Virus record (IMG/VR): IMGVR_UViG_3300049712_000033
Location: 1 to 27,555 of that record
Strand: one strand, 5' to 3'
DNA: 27,555 bases
From: a virus
Lineage: Duplodnaviria > Caudoviricetes
Part shown: positions 9,542 through 18,720 of the stretch, piece by piece
How the letters are laid out: each line of letters begins with the position of its first letter
Position numbering within the stretch: the first letter of the stretch is position 1
Program-made: the position numbers and the translations under genes
The notes under the pieces: model-generated
Seen by the model: only the letters and a program-made list of their open reading frames with translations
Database searches by the model: none
Told to the model about the DNA's origin: nothing

Positions 9542-11161
9542 CTACAGATAAATCTTTCTCTCTGATGGGAAGTTGAAGTGCGTGTATGGGTAGAAGGCGA
9601 GAATATAACCTAGAAACACAAAGCCTTCATTCAGCCTACTGTTTCCTATGCGGAACTTGATGGTACGGGAGTTAGAATTTACTACTAATCTCTCTGGCTC
9701 ATCAGCGAAGGTAACCGCACTATCATCACTCTCTCCCGTGCCTAAGCCAAGGGTCTGCATAGCGAGAGGGAGAAGCCCCATACCATCAGTGGAGCCCTGG
9801 GATATAGTAGCTGTCCCTAGAAGGATACCATCATCTAAATATACTTTAGCTTCTACTGCTCCAGTAATGCGGCGAAACACTAATCCAATATCAGTGAAGT
9901 ATTTGAGAATATCTGGATTACCAAGGTCAAAGGCTTTACTCACAAAGTAAGCGTCAATAGCTACTCCATCATCATTATAGGTTCCTGGGGTGAACTGACA
10001 GACTTTTGTGCCATTATCATCTAGGAATAATAGGTAGGACTGGTTAGTAGAGTCTACGAAGGCAAGGTAGGAATTAGCATTAAAATTACTCCAAACGCTC
10101 CACGCCTGGAAGCGTCGGTCATATACTAATGTCCTGGTGATGGAAGACGTGCTTGAGGCTGGTATTGAAAGCATGAATTTGTTATCAAAGTAATGCGCAC
10201 TGGCTTTGATGTAGTATTGCTCGTTGATAGAGTCGATAGTCGGTTGGATACGGATAGAAAGGACGTTAGTACGGATAGCAGTGAAGAAGTTAGGTTCATT
10301 ACCAAGGACTCGGATACCTTCACGAGAAAGGAAGTACAAGTCATTCTCTACGTTCTCTACACTCTTATGGGCCACGCAGCCCGTAGAACCTGAAACTGGG
10401 AGGATAACTGGGTTACTGGATTCGTCAAAGGTAAGCTGGTAGATTGAGCGCTCTTTAAAAACAATTACTGAATCCTGGAACCTGCCAAGGGCGGTAATCT
10501 TATCACCGTCGTCCTTTCGCACGTCAATAAAGTTTGCTCCTGAACCAGCAAAGACTGTAGCACCTGGTACCTCGGTTGCGTTGTTGAGGGTCGTAGCAGC
10601 ATTGGTGAAGTCTGAAGCATCTGAGTTGACAGAGATATAGAGTCGGTTCGGCTGTCCTTCTACTCCTGAGGCGATGTGGAAATTCTGGTAGAAGAGTGCG
10701 AACTTAGCTCTCGGGATGGTACCAGGTCGTGCGAGGGTGCTTCCGTCCCAAGTAGAGCCACCTTCAGAGCCATTCCATATATATTGGACGTTACGGGCTT
10801 GAGTAAAGGTAACTTCAGCTGAAGCGGTAAACCCAACTGTAGCTACAGAAGTCCAAGCTCCTGTGGTAGCATATTTAAAAGTCCCATTATCGATAGTCGT
10901 TACCTGGCGGACAGACTCTGTTACATACAGTCCTAAGCCTTTAGCAGCCGTAAGATTGCCGAACATCTGGTCATAACCACTTCTCTTTCGGGCTACACCG
11001 CCTTCATCATATTCAATATTAAGTGCGTCTGAGAACTCTCGATTATCAATAAGAGCAGGGGATACTAAATTATTAGTTCCCTTCGAAGGGTTCATTACAA
11101 CTAATCGGGAAATCTGACGTACTTTACGAGGGGCTATTCGGCGTTTCTGTCTAGTGCTCAT
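9542..11161 (-). CDS. Tail nozzle / packaged-DNA stabilization protein (P22 gp10- / T7 gp12-like beta-propeller)
   Basis: ALNIEYDEGGVARKRSG, NRLYIS, DGDKITAL...VIVFKERSIY, GCVAHKSV, LYFLSREGI, TLVYDRRFQAW motifs; follows the adaptor. Confidence 0.8.
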   Translation of the reverse strand: MSTRQKRRIAPRKVRQISRLVVMNPSKGTNNLVSPALIDNREFSDALNIEYDEGGVARKRSGYDQMFGNLTAAKGLGLYVTESVRQVTTIDNGTFKYATTGAWTSVATVGFTASAEVTFTQARNVQYIWNGSEGGSTWDGSTLARPGTIPRAKFALFYQNFHIASGVEGQPNRLYISVNSDASDFTNAATTLNNATEVPGATVFAGSGANFIDVRKDDGDKITALGRFQDSVIVFKERSIYQLTFDESSNPVILPVSGSTGCVAHKSVENVENDLYFLSREGIRVLGNEPNFFTAIRTNVLSIRIQPTIDSINEQYYIKASAHYFDNKFMLSIPASSTSSITRTLVYDRRFQAWSVWSNFNANSYLAFVDSTNQSYLLFLDDNGTKVCQFTPGTYNDDGVAIDAYFVSKAFDLGNPDILKYFTDIGLVFRRITGAVEAKVYLDDGILLGTATISQGSTDGMGLLPLAMQTLGLGTGESDDSAVTFADEPERLVVNSNSRTIKFRIGNSRLNEGFVFLGYILAFYPYTHFNFPSERKIYL

Positions 11162-11805
11162 TATTCATAGCCTCCCCCAATACGGTAGGAGTTTGCATTT
11201 CCAATAAAGCGAATACGGCGCTTGGGGTTTCCTACTTGGGTTGCAGCTATATTTTCAGTTAGTCGTTTCTGGAATAGGTCTTCATCCTGTGAAATATCAG
11301 CGTTAGGGTCTTGGGAGAGTTTAATGTAACGTCGTGCTCCCAAGGAAACAGTCATTGTATCCTCAAACGGCGTAGCGATAGTAGCAGCCGAAGCAAGGAC
11401 TGGGGCTTTGGTCTGGAACTTAACTGTCACTGAATCAACTACGTCTTTAGTCTTTAACAAGTAAGTACCATCGCTCTGTGCGTCTGTCCAAAACCTTTTA
11501 TCACCTGTTTGATAATTCACCTGGTCGTAGCTTTCTACTACGTCAAGGGGCACTTCAACGGTTCCCTGGTAAAAATAAGCTTCTACTCCGTGCTGGTAGT
11601 CGTAATTTGAGGGGAGGGAAGCTACACCTGAAGCCACCGTTAAAGAGACCGTACTGGAAGCGAAGGGCCATTTGTAAGCTCGGTAAATTTCATCTAGGGT
11701 CTGCTGTATAAAGTTTCCTCGTTGAGCGGTCTGAGAAGTCTGGATAGTACGCTCACCCATCAGATAGGCTAGAGTTAGTAGAAAATCATTTTGTACTTTT
11801 GCCAT
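11161..11805 (-). CDS. Head-tail adaptor (tail tubular A-like); start reassigned to MAKVQ at 11805
   Basis: FIQQTLDEIYRAYKWPFA...SLPSNY motif. The ATG at 11803-11805 overlaps the upstream TGA (TGATG) and is preceded by GGAGA. Confidence 0.75.
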   Translation of the reverse strand: MAKVQNDFLLTLAYLMGERTIQTSQTAQRGNFIQQTLDEIYRAYKWPFASSTVSLTVASGVASLPSNYDYQHGVEAYFYQGTVEVPLDVVESYDQVNYQTGDKRFWTDAQSDGTYLLKTKDVVDSVTVKFQTKAPVLASAATIATPFEDTMTVSLGARRYIKLSQDPNADISQDEDLFQKRLTENIAATQVGNPKRRIRFIGNANSYRIGGGYE

Positions 11806-12206
11806 CAATATTTCTCCGCTATCCGATATTCGGGAAATAATTCCCAAATAATTTTATTAAACTTTTTTACTGTTAGGGTGTCGCCTGATGATTGCAAAGC
11901 CTGAAATTCTGGGTCGATAGTTTGTAAGGCTCGGTAAAGATATTCTGGCATTGAATAAAGCGAGCGCATTGAGCCACTCTTTGTAGCCCCTGTAGAGAGT
12001 AACTGCTCCATTCTCTTCTGTTTAACTGTTTCCTGGTGTATCAGGTCTTCTTCTCTGAGGTCTGGGTTGATATGGAACATCAGCTTTTGAATAGCTCTCC
12101 AGCGGTCTGAACGGCTACGAAGTTTTTCTATACGAGCTATTTCATCCGTATACTTTTTACGCTCGGCGGTTACTGTGTCTAAGCTGCTGTCTATATTCAA
12201 TAACAT
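11805..12206 (-). CDS. Hypothetical protein downstream of the capsid gene; start reassigned to MLLNID
   Basis: GGAG RBS 6 nt before the ATG at 12206; the track's TTG start would run through the hairpin at 12220-12237. Confidence 0.7.
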   Translation of the reverse strand: MLLNIDSSLDTVTAERKKYTDEIARIEKLRSRSDRWRAIQKLMFHINPDLREEDLIHQETVKQKRMEQLLSTGATKSGSMRSLYSMPEYLYRALQTIDPEFQALQSSGDTLTVKKFNKIIWELFPEYRIAEKY

Positions 12207-12219
12207 AAGGAACTCCAGT

Positions 12220-12241
12220 AGGGCTCCGAAGAGCCCCTTTT
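12220..12241. terminator. Strong hairpin after the capsid gene (GGGCTC-TTCG-GAGCCC on minus strand)
   Basis: Perfect 6-bp GC stem with a cUUCGg loop on the minus strand. A T-tract (CTTTT) follows only on the plus strand. Confidence 0.55.
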
Positions 12242-12249
12242 GCAATTCC

Positions 12250-13179
12250 TTAGAAAAGGACTCGTGCGAGTGCGTTAGCCTCTTCAGCGCGTGCTTCGAG
12301 GGTAAGCTCTGTTACGATTTCTTTTGCTTGGAAGTCACCTGTGACTGCAAGGTCGATAGTCTTAGGCTCACGTCCTTCTAGGAAGGCTACAGCCCAAGTA
12401 TCTTCTTGTAGTGCGATAAGGTCAAATCCTGGAGTTGCAGTTGTACCGTAGTCACCACTTACTGTTACATAGCGGTGTGCGAACAGTTTGACAGTCTTAG
12501 CAGCGTCAGCTTCATAGACATCAACAGCGTTCACAAGTCGCTTATCATCAGCAGCAATTTCTTTGGTGCTACCAGCAGTAAAGCCAGAGATACGTCGCTT
12601 ACCCTTCATAGAAGTGTAAACAGCGTCAACCATACCACCATTGTTCCATACAGACTCAAACATATCGTTAAGCACAGTCTCGGTAAGAGTTGCACCTGAG
12701 TAGTTAGAGACGTTGGTTGTAATCCAGTTTTTGATACCTTTTAGTTGTCGAGCGTTTGTACCGCCAGTAGATGCACCACCAGAAGCGATAGAACCACGCA
12801 CGAGGGCGTATTCAATATCGTTCTTAACAGCAGCAAGCTTTTCTTGAAGCTCTTCAGCCATTCGATTACCGCCAACGCGGTTTACAGCTTGTTCTGTGTT
12901 AGAAACCTTTGCAGTCTTAGCAAAGATTTGAGTGACGTTCTGGAGGCGGCTAGGATTACCTGCTGCATCAGCTGGCGCATCCTGACCTTCGTTCTGTGCG
13001 TTAGCACCAACTGTTTCAAGGTCTTTAGTAATCCATTCGTGCAAAGTGTTCTGAGCACGGCTCTTTGGAAGACCAGTTGTAAGCTGGGTCTCTCGTGGGC
13101 TAATAAGAGTCAATACATCAAGTAGTGATTCTCGGCGGCCTACGTCGCCATAGGTGAAGTTTACACCGTTAGTTGCCAT
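12250..13179 (-). CDS. Major capsid protein (DUF5309/SU10-like, HK97 fold)
   Basis: RESLLDVLTLISPRETQL, HEWITKDL, NVTQIFAKTAKVSNTEQAV, KNDIEYAL, ELTLEAR motifs; strong AAGGAG RBS; follows the scaffold. Confidence 0.9.
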   Translation of the reverse strand: MATNGVNFTYGDVGRRESLLDVLTLISPRETQLTTGLPKSRAQNTLHEWITKDLETVGANAQNEGQDAPADAAGNPSRLQNVTQIFAKTAKVSNTEQAVNRVGGNRMAEELQEKLAAVKNDIEYALVRGSIASGGASTGGTNARQLKGIKNWITTNVSNYSGATLTETVLNDMFESVWNNGGMVDAVYTSMKGKRRISGFTAGSTKEIAADDKRLVNAVDVYEADAAKTVKLFAHRYVTVSGDYGTTATPGFDLIALQEDTWAVAFLEGREPKTIDLAVTGDFQAKEIVTELTLEARAEEANALARVLF

Positions 13180-13220
13180 GTTATTTTCTCCTTTTTATTT
13201 AGAATGATGGCTTGATAAAA

Positions 13221-13916
13221 CTATATCTTGCCTTCACTAAGCCACTCACCAAGCAAATCCTGAGCTGCGTACTTATCGCCTGAGGCAATACGTTCTAGCC
13301 GCTCTTCGGCTTTCGTGTTGGTAGCTCCCGTATTAGAGGTTGCTGATTCCAATGAAGCTGCGCGTTGCACCTTCTTTGAAATGTTCGCTTCTGCTCTTCC
13401 TTGAGATTTCGCTTCCTTATTTCGTCCGTACAGCTGGTCGGCTATCTTTACCAAATTGGTTTCCTGACCTTGTACTGCACCTGCAATACGCTGGTTAAGG
13501 AGGATTTGCCTCATCTGCTTATCGGACTTTACTTCAGGATACTTTCTCTCAACAGCTTTCCATGCCCGCTCTTCCTGTCGTTGAAAACGGAGTTTTTCTT
13601 CCATCCGTTGCTCAATGACATTCATGAGCTGGTAAGGGTCTACTGTCCCATCTTCTGAAGCTTGTAATTGTGGCTGTCCGTGATTGTACTGGCCATAAGC
13701 TGATACAGGGTCAAAGTCAGGGTCACTATCAGGTTCTTCGTCTGATGGTTCGGGGGCATCTGCGCCCTCGTTAGTTTGTGAAGGTTCAGTAACTTCTGGT
13801 TCTGATGTTTCAGTTACCTGGTTGTCTTCTGAAGTCTCTTGGACTTCTTGGACTGGCTGTTCAGGCTGTACTTCCTGAACTTGGTCTGTATTTTCTACAG
13901 GCTTTTCATCGTTCAT
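13221..13916 (-). CDS. Capsid scaffolding protein
   Basis: Acidic disordered N-terminus, helical core, directly upstream of the capsid gene. Confidence 0.75.
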   Translation of the reverse strand: MNDEKPVENTDQVQEVQPEQPVQEVQETSEDNQVTETSEPEVTEPSQTNEGADAPEPSDEEPDSDPDFDPVSAYGQYNHGQPQLQASEDGTVDPYQLMNVIEQRMEEKLRFQRQEERAWKAVERKYPEVKSDKQMRQILLNQRIAGAVQGQETNLVKIADQLYGRNKEAKSQGRAEANISKKVQRAASLESATSNTGATNTKAEERLERIASGDKYAAQDLLGEWLSEGKI

Positions 13917-13955
13917 AGTTCTCCCATTCTTGAGCTTTACGCCCTTGCAAGAGTG

Positions 13956-14201
13956 TTAAGTTATTATGACGTTTTTCGGGAGGAACGTACCACGATGACA
14001 TTTAGTGCAAACCCAGGCCTGAAAGTCGTCGCTTAAGTCGTCGTCGTCCTTCTTGAAGTTGTGTTCACAGTTTGGGTCATTCAACGGTTGCTGTTCATCT
14101 AACCGAATAACCTCTAAACCATCATTGTCTGCATTGTTAGCTTTATTTTGTCTTGGTTTGCCACCAAAGTCAATATCCTGGTTAAGCTGATGGTCTGTCA
14201 T
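13956..14201 (-). CDS. Small putative zinc-binding protein
   Basis: CEH...WVCTKCHRG (CxH + CxxC); overlaps the upstream gene. Confidence 0.6.
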   Translation of the reverse strand: MTDHQLNQDIDFGGKPRQNKANNADNDGLEVIRLDEQQPLNDPNCEHNFKKDDDDLSDDFQAWVCTKCHRGTFLPKNVIIT

Positions 14202-14523
14202 CGTTCTTTGCTGCTTCCAGTTGGTCTCTCATTACCGTCGTGTCTTCACTTGCTGCGCCGTCCATAATATTAACTAGTTTCTTGAAGGCGTGTAGCTGGC
14301 CTACGTTATAAGCGTTCTTTACTGGATTCTCTAAATTAGTAGTTCCGCCCACGATTTTCATATAAGCGTTAATCTGCTCAGTACAGAAGTCACGCAGGAA
14401 AGAACCGTCTTCGGACTCAGAAAACCGTCCAGCTTTACCAGCTTTACGGAGTTTATCCTCTAGGTTTTCAATGAACTTATCACGCTCAGTTTTTGGCTCA
14501 GAGCTGTTGTTGGTTTCCTGCAC
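14182..14523 (-). CDS. Small helical protein following the portal
   Basis: GTG start with GGAGG RBS; ~110-aa helical gene between portal and scaffold, as often seen in podoviruses. Confidence 0.7.
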   Translation of the reverse strand: MQETNNSSEPKTERDKFIENLEDKLRKAGKAGRFSESEDGSFLRDFCTEQINAYMKIVGGTTNLENPVKNAYNVGQLHAFKKLVNIMDGAASEDTTVMRDQLEAAKNDDRPSA

Positions 14524-16333
14524 TCATTCCTCCTAACGCAGCACCTATATCACCCTGTAGGGCTGCTTCTACATTAGTTTGTCCTCCACCTGGCATAGCA
14601 CCCTCCTCTGGAGGTGGCGTTACCGAACTCATAGGTGCAGTAGCTGGTTCCATATATCGGGTTACATCTTTGACTGAGAAGTACTGAGCAAGTTCTTCGA
14701 TAAACTCACCATACTTAATCTTCGGTACGCCTGATGGGTCTTGGAAGAAGTTGGCCTGCTCGTAAGAAAGCTTCTGTATTTGACCGACTTGGCCTAAGAA
14801 CTGAAGCGCGATATCTCTACGTTCGTCTTTAGTGAGAGGGAGCATAGAGTCATCATCTATAGTGAGGCTAATCTCGCCTTGGTAGTCTTCTGGTAGCACA
14901 ACGTCTGGTTGAATTTTGCCGTCTTTCTGGACATCTACCCTATCGGGCTTGTCCTGGAACTGAGCCAAGTTAGAGAGCCATATCTTGCCTACGATAGTCA
15001 TAGACTGCTTAAAGTTGTCTTTCATAAAGCCAATCTTCTCAGTAGCGGCTTCTGTGATGAGTGAGATGCCTTTGGCTGTTCCTGCTGTCTTGTCTGTAGA
15101 GCTATCAGGCACTCCAGATATATATTGAGGAACAGTTGCCAGCTCAATAGCTTTTTCTAACTGGTTCATCACCATACTAATCTGTGCTGGATTTGGTTCG
15201 GGAAATTTAAATTGCTTAGGTTCTGCGCCCGTATAAGTAATCTCTCCGCCTGGCTCTACTACAAAGTCATTAGTAAGAGTACCGTCTTCATACATAATCA
15301 TGCTGTCTAATGACACGTTCAAGTTGTCAAGGTAATGATTGAAGATGTCATTTGTCGCACTTTGTAGGGTAGCGTTGTTCTCAAAGAGAGACTCTCCCCA
15401 AGGGCTGAAGGTCTTGCGACGAATGTAAAAAGGAACGATAGGACAATACTTGTGCCAGTATCTCTTAGCTGATTGACGAATCTGTACCCATGGGCGAGCA
15501 TCGCCTTGGCCTTCTGCATAAGTGGACATGTGCCAGCCATCAGATTTACGCTCGTAACACTCATATATAGTTGCAGTTTTTACAGTCTTGTCTTCTTGGA
15601 ATAAAGTCTTTTCGTTCACAATACGATTACGAGAGTTGTTCTGGTTGCTGAAGCCGATAGTCTGAGGCTGGTCGTACAGTTTCTTGAGGTCGTAGTTAGG
15701 GTTGTTCTTGAGTTCTTCAAATGGCTTGAAGTAGCGAACGATTATATAGTTCGCTTTTCCCCAGCTAGGAGCATTAGGTGCTATAAAGACATTGAAGAAA
15801 TTAAGTGGCTCAAAACAATTGTAGCCTTTCTCATACTCGGTCTTCTCATCTTTGTCAGGGTTCTTGACCATACCGTCTTCATCAATTTGTTTGTTGTAAA
15901 CTACTTCTTTTTTGGTTTCCCATGATTGCTTGGCCCACCCAGTTCCCGCTACTACGGCATCAAGAAGAGTATCCGATACCTTGAGTTTCATCGGTTCATC
16001 TGGAGAGTCTGTATAATCTTTCTTTAGCTTTGCATCTAAGCGCATCTGTCTATTTTGGGTAGTCTCAGGAACTACAAAACCGCTCTCTTCTAATTCAAGT
16101 TCATCAATCTTTGTCTGGAAATAAGGGACTACATTAGAGAGCCTGGAAACCAAATCCCAAGCCTTACTCGCTAATATGGGAATAAAAACCTTCGCCCGCC
16201 ACGGAGCTATGTTCGAGGTGTTCTGAACGGCATACATAATGTCGTAGTACTTTGAGACACGGTTGAATAGGTCAAATTGGGCTTGTTCTGCGTTATTAAA
16301 CCGTTCTGACCATATAGAAGCTTTTTTATCCAT
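14498..16333 (-). CDS. Portal protein (P22-like)
   Basis: 611 aa; LLDAVVAGTGWAK, FNVFIAPNA, PIVPF...PWGESL, QSATNDIFNHYLDN, TAKGISL; flexible Gly/Gln C-terminal tail. Confidence 0.85.
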   Translation of the reverse strand: MDKKASIWSERFNNAEQAQFDLFNRVSKYYDIMYAVQNTSNIAPWRAKVFIPILASKAWDLVSRLSNVVPYFQTKIDELELEESGFVVPETTQNRQMRLDAKLKKDYTDSPDEPMKLKVSDTLLDAVVAGTGWAKQSWETKKEVVYNKQIDEDGMVKNPDKDEKTEYEKGYNCFEPLNFFNVFIAPNAPSWGKANYIIVRYFKPFEELKNNPNYDLKKLYDQPQTIGFSNQNNSRNRIVNEKTLFQEDKTVKTATIYECYERKSDGWHMSTYAEGQGDARPWVQIRQSAKRYWHKYCPIVPFYIRRKTFSPWGESLFENNATLQSATNDIFNHYLDNLNVSLDSMIMYEDGTLTNDFVVEPGGEITYTGAEPKQFKFPEPNPAQISMVMNQLEKAIELATVPQYISGVPDSSTDKTAGTAKGISLITEAATEKIGFMKDNFKQSMTIVGKIWLSNLAQFQDKPDRVDVQKDGKIQPDVVLPEDYQGEISLTIDDDSMLPLTKDERRDIALQFLGQVGQIQKLSYEQANFFQDPSGVPKIKYGEFIEELAQYFSVKDVTRYMEPATAPMSSVTPPPEEGAMPGGGQTNVEAALQGDIGAALGGMSAGNQQQL

Positions 16334-16363
16334 GTTGTATTTTCCTATCCCAACTTTATCATA

Positions 16364-17605
16364 TTAATCACTAAATATATTAAAAACTTTCTTGACTATC
16401 GTAGTTCCTCCTCCACCTGTAATGCGGTTGAGAATAGTAGTAGTAAATTGCAGTAGCGTGTTGGCTGTTCCAGTCACAGTATAGATGAATGTTTTAGCAG
16501 CAATAATCGCACGAGCAAAGATGGCCGTGCCAGTAGCAGTATATGTAAAAGGAATTTTTGTGATTGCTCGAATACGGGTAAGCGTACCAGTAGCAGTATA
16601 TATTAGTGTTTTCCCTATCTGCCTGATAAGGCTTGATGTGCCCGTAACTATGATTGTCGGGCGAGGCTTACCGACACTCTTAATAATAGAGGCCGCTCCA
16701 GTCATCGTGTAGAGAAAGGTGCGAGCAGCTATAATTGCCTTTGTCAGAGTGGTAGAATTTGTCATAGCATAGGCAAAAGTGCGGAAAGCTGTAATAAGTT
16801 TTATGAGTGTCAGCGTGCCCGTGACAGTATAGCTAAACTGCCGAGCTGCTTGGAAAGCTTTATCTAGAGTAAAAGTACCTGTTGCAGTAGAAGACATTGC
16901 AGGCTGAGTCGTTAATATTACATAAGTCAGCTTAACTTGGCCTCTAGCACCAGCTCCTGAGTCTCCTAGTAAATCTGAGCCTGCGCCACCGCCCGACAAG
17001 ATAGAACCGTTTGTACCATTTGGGTTGCCGTCATCACCACCCCTACCGCCAGACTGGTCAATTCCAGCTCCACCAGAGCCACCACCACCATTTGCTACGA
17101 CAAAACCACTACTACCATTGCCATTATCTCCTGCACCGCCACCACCACCACCACCGCCTGAACCTGTACCAGTCGCACCGTTACCGCCAGAAAACTTAGT
17201 ATCACCTATAGAGTTCCCTGTTGTGCCTCCACCAGCTCCAGTACCATTTGTCGTACCGCCATCTCCTGCACCGCCGCCACCGCCCGCAGCAGCTCTAGCT
17301 CCTTGAGTAGTAGTTGGGTTAGCATTAGTATTAGAAAACCATGAAATTCCGCCAGCGCCGCCAGCTGTTGAATTTGCAGTTCGGCCTGCTCCACCTCCAC
17401 CCACTGTAACTGTGTAGCTATTACCTGGTGTCACCGCTATAGCATTAGTCTTAGCGTATGCTCCACCACCACCGCCGCCGCCACGAGACAAAGTAGCCCC
17501 CGTACCACCACCACCGCCACCTCCCCAAACTTCAGCCTGAACTGACGTTACACCCGTAGGGCAAAGCCAGCTTGTAGTTGAAGTAAAAGTTTCTATATGT
17601 GGCAT
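16364..17605 (-). CDS. Glycine-rich virion appendage/fibre protein with C-terminal ~20-aa repeats
   Basis: WLCPTGVTSVQAEVWGGGGGG...VTPGNSYTVTVGGGG...GARGQVKLTY (phage glycine-rich domain), then repeated YTxTGT units. Confidence 0.75.
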   Translation of the reverse strand: MPHIETFTSTTSWLCPTGVTSVQAEVWGGGGGGGTGATLSRGGGGGGGAYAKTNAIAVTPGNSYTVTVGGGGAGRTANSTAGGAGGISWFSNTNANPTTTQGARAAAGGGGGAGDGGTTNGTGAGGGTTGNSIGDTKFSGGNGATGTGSGGGGGGGGAGDNGNGSSGFVVANGGGGSGGAGIDQSGGRGGDDGNPNGTNGSILSGGGAGSDLLGDSGAGARGQVKLTYVILTTQPAMSSTATGTFTLDKAFQAARQFSYTVTGTLTLIKLITAFRTFAYAMTNSTTLTKAIIAARTFLYTMTGAASIIKSVGKPRPTIIVTGTSSLIRQIGKTLIYTATGTLTRIRAITKIPFTYTATGTAIFARAIIAAKTFIYTVTGTANTLLQFTTTILNRITGGGGTTIVKKVFNIFSD

Positions 17606-17606
17606 A

Positions 17607-17783
17607 TTAAGCAGTTTGGTATTTCCAGGTAAAACTCGTTAGACTTGTACCTATGATTGCTATTGTTTGGTTGTTTGTTAATGCGTACCTACGAGCATAG
17701 TCCATTGCTTGCGCTTGAGTGCTAAAAGTAGTCTGCGGGGGTGTCGTTAAGCTAATCCCTACTTTAATCGCAAAAACGGCCAT
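17607..17783 (-). CDS. Hypothetical 58-aa protein (not in ORF track)
   Basis: MAVFAIKVGISLTTPPQTTFSTQAQAMDYARRYALTNNQTIAIIGTSLTSFTWKYQTA; fills the gap between neighbours with 3-nt and 1-nt spacers. Confidence 0.6.
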   Translation of the reverse strand: MAVFAIKVGISLTTPPQTTFSTQAQAMDYARRYALTNNQTIAIIGTSLTSFTWKYQTA

Positions 17784-17786
17784 TAT

Positions 17787-18149
17787 TTATGCCTGTTTTA
17801 GTTTGAACGTGAAGGCGATTGAGTCACCTGATACCAACGGGACACCTGTAAAGTTGCTATGCAGAATCAACGTACCAACAGTGCTGGCACTTAAAACGCC
17901 TGCGTTTCCTATGGTTTGTGTTGAGGCACTAGTAATCGTACCCGCTATTTGATAGGTATCATTGGTCGTTGTCGTCGTGACTTGCGACTGAGTACCCGAA
18001 ACACGGGCTTCTGCTGATTCACTTTCTATTACAGTATCCCCGACTAATGCCGTAGAAGTTCCTGTACCCCATGCAATATATTTGCCTGTTGAAGCTGCGA
18101 GGGTTGACGTTATGAACGCCTTACCCACTGTTGTTAATACATCTGCCAT
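17787..18149 (-). CDS. Structural protein resembling a tail-collar/fibre-attachment domain
   Basis: LTTVGK...YIAWGTGT...DTVIESE...IGNAGVLSASTVGTL...GDSIAFTF pattern; AAGGAG RBS. Confidence 0.7.
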   Translation of the reverse strand: MADVLTTVGKAFITSTLAASTGKYIAWGTGTSTALVGDTVIESESAEARVSGTQSQVTTTTTNDTYQIAGTITSASTQTIGNAGVLSASTVGTLILHSNFTGVPLVSGDSIAFTFKLKQA

Positions 18150-18151
18150 GA

Positions 18152-18373
18152 TTATTCTCCTTTTCTTTGTTTATGTAATCGGTGGCGGTAGGTTATATGC
18201 TTGTAAAACCATAATTTGGGAGTCCAAGGGACGGTGAGGTTGACCTTTTTTCCGAATACGTCGGCACGAATACCCACACGCTTATCTAAATCACCTAGAT
18301 TAATTTTCTTTCCATCTTTAGTTACTAAAACTGCACCAGTAGTTAGCTCGCCCCCTACATTAGAGATATTCAT
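18152..18373 (-). CDS. Hypothetical 73-aa protein
   Basis: ATGA-coupled to the upstream gene; ends 2 nt before the next start. Confidence 0.65.
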   Translation of the reverse strand: MNISNVGGELTTGAVLVTKDGKKINLGDLDKRVGIRADVFGKKVNLTVPWTPKLWFYKHITYRHRLHKQRKGE

Positions 18374-18720
18374 GATATTTCCCTGTATTGAATATTGACT
18401 GTTACGGGTTGGGAATTTTCTAGCGTTATTGAAAGCACCGCATTAGTATCTCCCGTGAATACAGCTGTGCGCCCTAGAGCGTAGACTTTGTATATATCGG
18501 TGCTCACGCTGTTAATTGTCATGGTGAGTGTTACTAAGTTACCAGCTGATGCATCAGGGTCTGCAATTATCTGTACCCAGACTAGTTGGATTTTTTTCCC
18601 GCTTGTAGGGGTGATAGTGTCGCTAGCTGTTAGTTGTTGGGCGTAGGGTAGAAGCTCGTACTGCTCCATTGTTTTAATAGGCTGCGTTTCTAATATTCCG
18701 TCAATTCTTCCGAGACTCAT
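18370..18720 (-). CDS. Putative structural beta-sandwich protein
   Basis: ITPTSGKKIQLVWVQI...FTGDTNAVLSITL...VTVNIQYRE; TAATG-coupled. Confidence 0.65.
   Translation of the reverse strand: MSLGRIDGILETQPIKTMEQYELLPYAQQLTASDTITPTSGKKIQLVWVQIIADPDASAGNLVTLTMTINSVSTDIYKVYALGRTAVFTGDTNAVLSITLENSQPVTVNIQYREIS

Noticed and set aside
10126-17400. Nested alternative-frame minus ORFs (10126-10344, 15319-15564, 17206-17400)
   Set aside because: Fully inside the nozzle, portal and Gly-rich genes, with no motifs or coupling evidence.
16940-17530. CCACCACC/CCGCCG microsatellite-like runs
   Set aside because: Explained by poly-Gly codons of the glycine-rich protein.
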